From Candidatus Hadarchaeota archaeon (lineage in GTDB: Archaea; Hadarchaeota; Hadarchaeia; Hadarchaeales; Hadarchaeaceae): a DNA stretch of 23,120 nt. Below, piece by piece: positions 7,266 through 13,847 of this stretch. Made by a program: the position numbers and the translations under genes. Location: the NCBI GenBank assembly GCA_964561735.1, contig CAZLQN010000005.1, positions 1 to 23,120 of the forward strand. The letters run 5' to 3'. Every line of letters starts with the position of its first letter. Positions within the stretch are counted from its first letter, which is position 1. Below the pieces are notes generated by a model. It did not search any database and had not been told where the DNA came from. It saw only the letters and a program-made list of their open reading frames with translations.

Positions 7266-8117
7266 TCATTCAACGTTGGCGAAACTTTCTGGTTTTGGTC
7301 GCGCGAACGCCTCCAAGCCGGGCTGCTTGGCCGGGCGCTTCACCTTTATTTCTTTGTCGATGTTTACGCGCAGGCCGGCGTATCCAGGAGTCGTCTGGAC
7401 ACCGGTCTCCTCTTTTATCCGAGCCGCCTCCTTCTCAGGACTGTGCTTGAGGAAGAGCATACCCATGTGCATCATGACCGCCAGCTCCGGCTTCACCTCC
7501 TTCAAAAGCGAGATGAGGTCATCCGAGCAGAGGTGCCACTTGATGCGCATCGCCAGAGGCCTCGTGACGTTTGCTATCAGGATCCTGGAGTTTTTGAAAT
7601 TTTTCGCAAGTCCATAGAAATATTGCGTGTCTCCAGTGTAGCCGATTATCCCATCTTTCGTGTGAATCTTCAATCCAAACGCCGTCGGGTCGCTGTGTTG
7701 CGCTGGTGTAGCTTCAAGCTCGAGTTCATTGAGCTTGTAGGTTGTTCCTGGTTTCATATGGATGATCTCCGCTGGTTTTTCTTTGTGATAGTTTGAGATC
7801 GCTGGACCAAATTTTCCCATTCCTTTGAGCACGCTTTCGCTCCCCACGAATGCGCCGCGCTTCTTCGTCATGTGTTGGGTCATGGCTTCGATGAGCACCT
7901 CGGCATCGCAGTAGTGGTCGGGGTGGCAGTGGGTGACGACTACGCAATCGAGGTCAAGTGGACTCAGGCCGTGCTGGTGCGTGAGGAGGAGCGCTCCTGG
8001 GCCGGGGTCGACGTGTATCCTTGCGGTGTCATGAATTCGAAATCCTCCCGTGTTGAAAATTTGATCGATGGTCATGTAGCGCCCGCCGCCGCATCCCAGA
8101 AACACGAGTTCTACCAC
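7266..8117 (-). CDS. MBL-fold metallo-hydrolase
   Basis: 283 aa with VVVTHCHPDHYCD (the HxHxDH motif), plus downstream His/Asp ligand positions. GTG start with a GGTGA SD. Confidence 0.85.
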   Translation of the reverse strand: MVELVFLGCGGGRYMTIDQIFNTGGFRIHDTARIHVDPGPGALLLTHQHGLSPLDLDCVVVTHCHPDHYCDAEVLIEAMTQHMTKKRGAFVGSESVLKGMGKFGPAISNYHKEKPAEIIHMKPGTTYKLNELELEATPAQHSDPTAFGLKIHTKDGIIGYTGDTQYFYGLAKNFKNSRILIANVTRPLAMRIKWHLCSDDLISLLKEVKPELAVMMHMGMLFLKHSPEKEAARIKEETGVQTTPGYAGLRVNIDKEIKVKRPAKQPGLEAFARPKPESFANVE

Positions 8118-8148
8118 GTTGTCACCGCAAGAAGTTAATTGGTAATAT

Positions 8149-8883
8149 CTATCTCCGATTTTCCCTTACGTAACCGATTATTGCGTTATCAATTAATTTT
8201 GGTATAGAAGTGGTGAAATTTTCTTTATTTTTTCTTTTCCAATAAATAGTTTCAATGCGATCTACTTTTTTACAGATCAAATAGAATCCATCAAATACTT
8301 CTAAAAACATGTCTTTCTGCTTTTCTTCTGATTTTGGTATGTAGAGTTCCTTGACGAATTTTTCTTTATAAAAGAAATTTATGGTATGTCTTCTGTCTAT
8401 GGGTGGAATTAAATCAGGCAAGAGATGATGTAGTGTTTTAGAATTTCCAACTAATTTAGGTCTTTCCATTACTTCTGGATTTTTAGTTTCTTTTTTCATT
8501 ATTTCTAAATTTTCAAAGAGGTTTGATAAAGTTGGTTTTATTTTTTCCTTGTCATTATCATCTAATTCATGTAATTTAAATTTAGTTAATTTTTCTAACG
8601 TATCTATATTACTTCGGATATTTTGTTTAAAATTTTCAAAATCTTCTAATAACGCACTTTTAGTCATCCTGTGCATACCCCAAGAGGCCAAAGTAGCGTA
8701 GATACGTTCGATAAACATATCCTCTTTTTCCAATAATTCTCGATAATCTTTTGTGTTTCGAATCATGTAAAGAACTCTTCCATGAAAATAGACACTTGGA
8801 CCAGAAAAAGGATTTTTATAATATTTATCGACGAAAGACTCAAACTTCTTTGTTAATTTTTCGATTCTAGTTTCAACGTTCAT
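8149..8883 (-). CDS. Hypothetical protein (single gene of an AT-rich island)
   Basis: 244-aa ORF in strongly AT-rich DNA, Lys/Glu/Asn-rich. I cannot name a family. The conserved-looking segment is VGNSKTLHHLLPDLIPPIDRRHT. Confidence 0.65.
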   Translation of the reverse strand: MNVETRIEKLTKKFESFVDKYYKNPFSGPSVYFHGRVLYMIRNTKDYRELLEKEDMFIERIYATLASWGMHRMTKSALLEDFENFKQNIRSNIDTLEKLTKFKLHELDDNDKEKIKPTLSNLFENLEIMKKETKNPEVMERPKLVGNSKTLHHLLPDLIPPIDRRHTINFFYKEKFVKELYIPKSEEKQKDMFLEVFDGFYLICKKVDRIETIYWKRKNKENFTTSIPKLIDNAIIGYVRENRR

Positions 8884-8958
8884 AATTCTCGTTCATAACT
8901 ATAGACTCACAACCTTAAGTTAATTTTAATCCTGCGTTTTTTGTGCACAAAGTTCAAA

Positions 8959-9969
8959 CTAACGCCTGAGCTTCGGCAAGGGTTGGTCGAGCTTTTTTAG
9001 ACCCTTCTTCGCGTCGACGATGAGCTTCTTCAGGACCTCCTTCGCTTTCTCGTCCTTCGTCACCTTCAGCGAGTTCCTGGCAAATTTTACCACATCCTCC
9101 AAGTGGCGCTCGGGCTTGAAATTGCGGTCCCCCCAGTCGAAGATCGCGCAGATGTTGCCGGGCAGGAAGCCTGTATCGTAGTCGCCGTATGTCATGGTGA
9201 CGCGCTTTTTTGTCTCCTCGGGCAACATCGCTTCGCCAGCCTTTCTGAAGAGTAGATCGGTGCCGTTGTCCGCCAGACCGAAGAGGCCCTCGGCGACGAA
9301 GAGGTGGATGTCGAAATCCGGCCACCACTCGCGGAACCGTTTCTCCCACTCGAGCAGCTTGGTGCAGCCCTTGTAAGAGGCGGCGATGCTGAAGACGAGC
9401 AATTTTTGAACATCGTAGTCCCGTTCCCTGAGCTCGCTGCGCGTCGCTGCCAACGTCTGACTGAGCGAAACGCCTGTGGCTATTGTGTCGCCCGTGAAAA
9501 GGACGCCGTGTTCTGGGAGCGCATCGAAATTCGTGTAGAAGATGTAGGCGCCGAACTCGCCCCCGGAGATCCTGAATCGCCTAGCGCCGACGAAGCAGCG
9601 GGGCAGGTAACTGTTGAAGAGCTGCTCGAACGCCTGATCGAAGCCGTAGCCCAAGCTCCCGCGCAACACCACGATTTCGCTGATGTCGCGGGTGCTCAGC
9701 TTCTTCAGCCCAGGCAAGGTGTTCCAAGCAACCTTCAAAAAAGTCTTGCTGCATTCGAGCGCGAGGTCCCGAAGTTCCATGCCGCAGACCGTCGGATCGT
9801 ACAAAATTTTTCTGGCCGGGGGCATGCACACGATGTGGGTGTTCTTCGGCAATTGGAGATGTTCGACCTTGTAAATGCTGGAGCCGGCCACCGTCCCGAT
9901 CTTTTTTGGATTGGTCACGCGAGCACCGTTGAATTTTCTCATCACATCTATTAAAGTTCGCCAGCTCAC
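8959..9969 (-). CDS. Uracil-phosphoribosyltransferase-like (type I PRT fold) protein, divergent
   Basis: 336 aa. VVLRGSLGYG, ARRFRI, a PRPP-loop-like VLFTGDTIATGVSLSQTL, and C-terminal LPGNICAIFDWGDRNF parallel the UPRTase blocks ILRAG / RDE / DPMLATGGS / PGLGDAGDR. It is longer than canonical Upp. Confidence 0.55.
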   Translation of the reverse strand: MSWRTLIDVMRKFNGARVTNPKKIGTVAGSSIYKVEHLQLPKNTHIVCMPPARKILYDPTVCGMELRDLALECSKTFLKVAWNTLPGLKKLSTRDISEIVVLRGSLGYGFDQAFEQLFNSYLPRCFVGARRFRISGGEFGAYIFYTNFDALPEHGVLFTGDTIATGVSLSQTLAATRSELRERDYDVQKLLVFSIAASYKGCTKLLEWEKRFREWWPDFDIHLFVAEGLFGLADNGTDLLFRKAGEAMLPEETKKRVTMTYGDYDTGFLPGNICAIFDWGDRNFKPERHLEDVVKFARNSLKVTKDEKAKEVLKKLIVDAKKGLKKLDQPLPKLRR

Positions 9970-10193
9970 GCAACTATCATAGATGTTTCCGTGTTTCTGA
10001 TTCCGGGAATGGCTTGGATCTTGCCGACGACCTTATCGCCTATATCCTTCAGATCGGCCGCTTCGACCCTCACGACTATGTCAAATCTTCCCGTTGTCGC
10101 GGCGGCGAATTTTACCCCAGGTAGCTTTTTGACCTCATCTAAAATCTTTAGCGCCTTACCAGGGTCGGTGCGGATGTACACGATTGCTTGCAT
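9966..10193 (-). CDS. Stand-alone Lrp/AsnC-type ligand-binding (RAM) domain protein
   Basis: 75 aa. MQAIVYIRT...VKKLPGVKFAAATTGRFDIVVRVEA.DLKDIGDKV..KIQAIPGIRNTETSMIV matches the beta-alpha-beta-beta-alpha-beta RAM domain pattern. No HTH is present. Its stop overlaps the start of 8959..9969 by 4 nt. Confidence 0.75.
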   Translation of the reverse strand: MQAIVYIRTDPGKALKILDEVKKLPGVKFAAATTGRFDIVVRVEAADLKDIGDKVVGKIQAIPGIRNTETSMIVA

Positions 10194-10212
10194 TTTCCAG
10201 CCTCCTCAGTTT

Positions 10213-10288
10213 TGGTGGACCGGGCGGGATTTGAACCCGCGACCTCTCGCTTGCGAAGCGAGCGTTCATGCCACTGAACTACCGGCCC
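10213..10288 (-). tRNA. tRNA-Ala (anticodon CGC), genome-encoded CCA
   Basis: Reverse strand: GGGCCGG UA GUUC AGUGGCAU GAAC G CUCGC UUCGCAA GCGAG AGGUC GCGGG UUCAAAU CCCGC CCGGUCC A CCA. Full cloverleaf of 76 nt. The G3:U70 alanine identity pair is present. Confidence 0.95.
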
Positions 10289-10317
10289 CAAGCTAATGTT
10301 TGTTTTTCAGTTAAAAA

Positions 10318-11373
10318 CTACTCCTTCCACTTGAATAATAGAAATCCAAGGATGAGGAAAAACAGAGCGAAGCCGGCCAAAACTGCGAGCGAGGGCACTA
10401 TATCGAGTAGACCTTTGCCACGGACAATCACGTCTTGGAAGGCGTTCATGGCGTGGGTGGTTGGGAATATCCGTGCGACGCTCTGCATAAATCCTGGCAT
10501 GATTTCGATCGGGAACCATAGCCCTCCAAGCGCGGCGGCTGGAAATGTGAAGGCCTGCACAGCCCCGCTGGCTGCGTCCGGGGAGCGCGCGAACGTCGAT
10601 ATCAGGAGCCCGAGTCCAACGCCAAATACGATCACGATGGCGCTGATCAATGCTAAAAGTAGATAGCTACCTGCCACTGGCATGCCGAACACGAGGATTC
10701 CGACCCCGAAGAACACCATCGTCTGCATACATCCGATGGCAAATCCACTCAGGAGCTCCCCGCCCAGAAAACTCGGCTTGCTGATCGGCGTGAGGAGGTT
10801 GCGTTTGAACGTGCCAGTTTTTCGCTCTAGGACGATCCTAGTCGATGCGCCTATCCCACCTACCATCAATATCATCATTATCCCCATCCCAGGGACGTAC
10901 TGTTGGGCCGCGTTCCATTCCTTGTACCCGCCCCGGACGCTCTCTGTGGTGATTGGCGCCCCCATTCCGAAAAATTGTTGGGTGACTCCTTCGACTATTT
11001 GCACGGCCGTGGTCGCCAACTCCCCGCGGGTTTCATCGTAGATGAACCGTGCATTTTCGGCGCCAGCGCTAAATCCGCTCGGGACGATCAGCACGCCCAC
11101 ATCTTTGCCATCTAGCACCCTAGCCTCGGCCTCCGCGACGTTTTCGAGCTTCTCAATATTGAAGACGTTTTCAAGCACGGATATGTAGGTGTTGGCCAGC
11201 TGGCCGTTGTCCTGCTGAACTGCGAGTATATTTATCCGAACGCTACCTCGACCACTGAACGCCAAGCTGAAGACCATGATGAGCAGTAGAGGAAACGCGA
11301 ATGTCCAGAACAGACCCATCCGATCCCTAAAGAAGAGGCGCAAGTTTTTGTCCGCGATCGTCAAGGACTTCAT
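10318..11373 (-). CDS. ABC-2 type transporter permease
   Basis: 351 aa. An N-terminal TM helix, a large extracytoplasmic loop, then 5 C-terminal TM helices. Lies immediately downstream of the ATPase gene (1-nt gap). Confidence 0.85.
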   Translation of the reverse strand: MKSLTIADKNLRLFFRDRMGLFWTFAFPLLLIMVFSLAFSGRGSVRINILAVQQDNGQLANTYISVLENVFNIEKLENVAEAEARVLDGKDVGVLIVPSGFSAGAENARFIYDETRGELATTAVQIVEGVTQQFFGMGAPITTESVRGGYKEWNAAQQYVPGMGIMMILMVGGIGASTRIVLERKTGTFKRNLLTPISKPSFLGGELLSGFAIGCMQTMVFFGVGILVFGMPVAGSYLLLALISAIVIVFGVGLGLLISTFARSPDAASGAVQAFTFPAAALGGLWFPIEIMPGFMQSVARIFPTTHAMNAFQDVIVRGKGLLDIVPSLAVLAGFALFFLILGFLLFKWKE

Positions 11374-11374
11374 C

Positions 11375-12310
11375 CTAATCCCTCAGAGTTTTACCAGTCA
11401 ATTTTATGAACACGTCCTCGAGCGTCGGTTGAGCGATGTGTAGCGAGTCTATCGAAACGCCAACATCGGTCACCGCCCTGACGACTTGGCTGAGCACGCT
11501 ATCGGCGGATGGCGTGAACAATCTCAAGCCCTCCGGCGAGCGAACCACTTTCTTGACGCCCCGAAGCTTTTTCAGCTCGACCATCAGCTTGCGCGGAACT
11601 TTCACGGCCTTGAGCTCGATAGTTTCGAGCTTGCCCATGGAATGCTTGAGCGCATCCGGCTTGTCGAGGGCAATGATCTTGCCGTTATCCATGACGGCGA
11701 CTCGGTCGCAGAGATAATCTGCTTCGTCCATGTAATGCGTGGTCAGCAAAATCGTAACTCCCTTCGATTGGAACCGCTTGATGATTTCCCAAACGGCTAG
11801 CCGCGCTTGAGGGTCGAAGCCGGTCGTCGGCTCGTCCAGAAAGAGCACCTTTGGCATGTGGACAAGTCCGACAGCCAGGTTGAGGCGGCGTTTCATGCCA
11901 CCAGAGAAGGTCTTGACGCGGTCGTTTGCTCTATCTTTGATCTGCACCATCACAAGTAGCTCATCGATCCACTTTCGAAGTTTTTTACCCTCTACACCTT
12001 GAAGCTTCCCGAAGTATGCCAGGTTCTCCGCGGCGGTCAGATCGTCATATACCCCAGCCTCCTGAGTCACGACCCCAATTATCTGACGAACCTCCTTGGG
12101 CTGTTTCTTTATGTCGTATCCGCCGACGATTGCTGTGCCTTCGGTTGGGGGCAGAATTGTTGAGAGCATGGCCACCGTCGTGCTCTTGCCGGCTCCATTT
12201 GGGCCAAGTAGGCCGAAGAGCTCGCCCTCTTCGATGGTCAAGTTCATGTTGTTGACGGCTTTTCTACCATCGAACATTTTCGACAGGCTTCTGGTTTCAA
12301 CTATGGACAT
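11375..12310 (-). CDS. ABC transporter ATP-binding protein (ABC-2/DrrA-like exporter subunit)
   Basis: Walker A GPNGAGKST, Q-loop, signature FSGGMKRRL, Walker B VLFLDEPTTGFD, H-loop TTHYMDEA. Confidence 0.9.
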   Translation of the reverse strand: MSIVETRSLSKMFDGRKAVNNMNLTIEEGELFGLLGPNGAGKSTTVAMLSTILPPTEGTAIVGGYDIKKQPKEVRQIIGVVTQEAGVYDDLTAAENLAYFGKLQGVEGKKLRKWIDELLVMVQIKDRANDRVKTFSGGMKRRLNLAVGLVHMPKVLFLDEPTTGFDPQARLAVWEIIKRFQSKGVTILLTTHYMDEADYLCDRVAVMDNGKIIALDKPDALKHSMGKLETIELKAVKVPRKLMVELKKLRGVKKVVRSPEGLRLFTPSADSVLSQVVRAVTDVGVSIDSLHIAQPTLEDVFIKLTGKTLRD

Positions 12311-12511
12311 AACAATCTACTCGCAGATTTACTGTACATGCTCTTAAAAATTTAACCATAGCCAAGCCTTCGCTGGGCAGGTGAACCGTTTGGCATATAA
12401 ACCCCCTCGTTCAGATAAAATAGGATACTGAGAGGCTTCAACGGAAGCCGTTCAAGAGGGGCAGCCAAGCTGTTTCTTTTGAGATGTATCCTAAAAATAG
12501 GAGTGTATAAA

Positions 12512-12682
12512 ATGGAACCAAGACGTTTCGGCCGCAGGGAAGGCTTCCAGCGCGAGATGCATAAGGCTACCTGCTCCGACTGTGGAGCGGAGACGGAAGT
12601 CCCCTTCAAGCCGACCGAAGGAAGACCTATATATTGTAGGGAATGCTTCCAGAAGCGCAGACCCGCGAGACCCCGATACTGA
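12512..12682 (+). CDS. Small Arg-rich CxxC...CxxC zinc-ribbon protein
   Basis: MEPRRFGRREGFQREMHKATCSDCGAETEVPFKPTEGRPIYCRECFQKRRPARPRY. ATG at 12512 lies 8 nt after GGAG (12500-12503). The longer track start at 12479 lacks an SD. Confidence 0.7.
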   Translation: MEPRRFGRREGFQREMHKATCSDCGAETEVPFKPTEGRPIYCRECFQKRRPARPRY

Positions 12683-12783
12683 AGGCTTTTAATTGGGCCT
12701 AATTCTGGGCTGTTCGCTCGGGCTAGCGGTAGCTTTCTTGCGGCCTCAGAAAAAATTCAAGTGTGGTAGTCAATTCATAGCGG

Positions 12784-12802
12784 GGGCTCGTAGCTCAGCT
12801 TG
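12784..12802 (+). repeat. Orphan copy of the first 19 nt of tRNA-Ile (acceptor 5' strand plus D-arm start)
   Basis: GGGCTCGTAGCTCAGCTTG versus GGGCCCGTAGCTCAGCTTG at 13724-13742 (18/19). Same orientation. Similarity stops abruptly on both sides. The AT-rich sequence begins at 12803. Confidence 0.75.
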
Positions 12803-13723
12803 TTTTTTCTTTAAGCAGACAATTTCCTGTAGAATGATGGTTTTACAAATTGCCGAGCCCAACGTTGCCCTCCGTATATCAATAAGTAAAGATCAACTAT
12901 TGATGGTTTCAAGTTTCTGTTAACACAATATTTCTGTATGATTTTAACTACCTTCAAAAGATTCCGTTCACCTTTTTTCGATTCTACTATCCCAATCTCT
13001 TTTGAAACTTTCATGACTATTGTATCTGGTTTTATACAATCGTACCCGATATGCAAAAGGAAATGTAGTAAACTTGTCGTGTTACTAAAAAAGGCATGTC
13101 CATATTTATTAGTTCCTTTTTCAGATAGTTGAATCCTTGCCAGAAATTTTCAATATCAGATTCCTCTTTTAGGATAGTTGGTATTTTTGAAGTTTTGAGT
13201 AAATTTAGAAAAGAACCGTATTTTGATTTGATTAGCTGAAGTGTTTTTGCGCAGTAAACAATAGATTCAAGTTTTCGCGGAAATCTAATAGCTTTGATTT
13301 CTTCCCAATGAAGATTCTTTAGCTCATCAGGATCCAGTTGAGCAACTCTATCGACTTGAAAACCATGAAAAATGCGTTCAAATATTCCTTTGTTGAGCAT
13401 ATTAGATATCAAGTCAGATCGTGTATTTTGGCTGAATGCTATCAATCTAGCAAGTCGCCTTAAGACATCATCATCGTTTCGAATCACGTTGGGGGTTCTT
13501 TTCATACGCTCCTTAATTTCCTCTGAAAATTCTGGCTCTCTTCTTAAGGGATTAACTTTTTCAATGATTTGATCTATTGAACTAAATATTCGTTCAATTT
13601 CCATAGAGATGTATCCTCCCCAATTTTGGCATTTTATCCAACCACCACTTGAATTACACACCGCAGAATTTGAACTTGATTGTTGAGGGAGTATCATTTA
13701 AATTTCTGAGGACATGTTTAGTT
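12803..13723. mobile_element. About 0.9-kb AT-rich cassette inserted at the 5' end of tRNA-Ile, bounded by 19-nt direct repeats (no recombinase; probably a remnant)
   Basis: Composition shift, flanking direct repeats 12784-12802 and 13724-13742, and a single frameshifted cargo gene. A TTTAAAT TATA-like box at about 13697-13703 inside the cassette sits about 24 nt upstream of tRNA position 1. Confidence 0.55.
12811..13604 (-). pseudogene. DNA-3-methyladenine glycosylase I (Tag)-like HhH protein, interrupted by a frameshift (ORFs 13032..13697 and 12811..13056)
   Basis: Block-wise resemblance to E. coli Tag, recalled from memory. DDDVLRRLARLIAFSQ..., FHGFQVDRVAQLDPDELKNL...IKAIRFPRKLESIVYCAKTLQLIKSKYGSFLNLL is in one frame. 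GHAFFSNTTSLLHFLLHIGYDCIKPD is in the -1 frame (compare Tag GFKFVGTTICYSFMQACGLVNDH). The second frame opens only after the TGA at 13152-13150. The likely true start is the ATG at 13604, preceded by GGAGGAT. Confidence 0.5.
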
Positions 13724-13816
13724 GGGCCCGTAGCTCAGCTTGGCTGGAGCGCTCGGCTGATAACCAGTTGGGCAGCCACCGGGAGGTCCTGGGTTCAAAT
13801 CCCAGCGGGCCCACCA
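13724..13816 (+). tRNA. tRNA-Ile (anticodon GAU) with a 15-nt intron at canonical position 37/38 (13763..13777); genome-encoded CCA
   Basis: GGGCCCG UA GCUC AGCUUGGCUG GAGC G CUCGG CUGAUA[ACCAGUUGGGCAGCC]A CCGGG AGGUC CUGGG UUCAAAU CCCAG CGGGCCC A CCA. The intron forms a relaxed BHB: CUG/CAG pairing of the anticodon region with the intron, and bulges UAA and CCA. Confidence 0.9.
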
Positions 13817-13847
13817 TTAAAAACTTTTGAGGTTAGTCAAACAATCT

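Noticed and set aside
8131-8927. AAGTTAATT (9 bp) near both edges of the 8128-8950 island as a target-site duplication
   Set aside because: The repeat is too short and AT-rich to distinguish from chance in AT-rich DNA. No copy of the MBL gene 5' end is found at the far edge.
12352-12609. 85-aa minus-strand ORF across the 12.3-12.6 kb intergenic region
   Set aside because: It overlaps the Zn-ribbon gene and its structured leader on the opposite strand. It has no SD, and its sequence is not protein-like.
12721-12745. GGGCTAGCGGTAGC upstream of the orphan tRNA fragment as another tRNA remnant
   Set aside because: The resemblance to a tRNA 5' end is only superficial. No D-arm or further cloverleaf elements are present, and it matches neither tRNA in the window.
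13087-13121. AAAAAGG/CCUUUUU hairpin in the Tag-like gene as a third BHB intron (removing its 20-nt loop would also fix the frame)
   Set aside because: No 3-nt bulges or 4-bp central helix can be formed in either BHB arrangement. Any 3n+2 deletion in this interval would restore the frame. A homopolymer frameshift is the simpler explanation.
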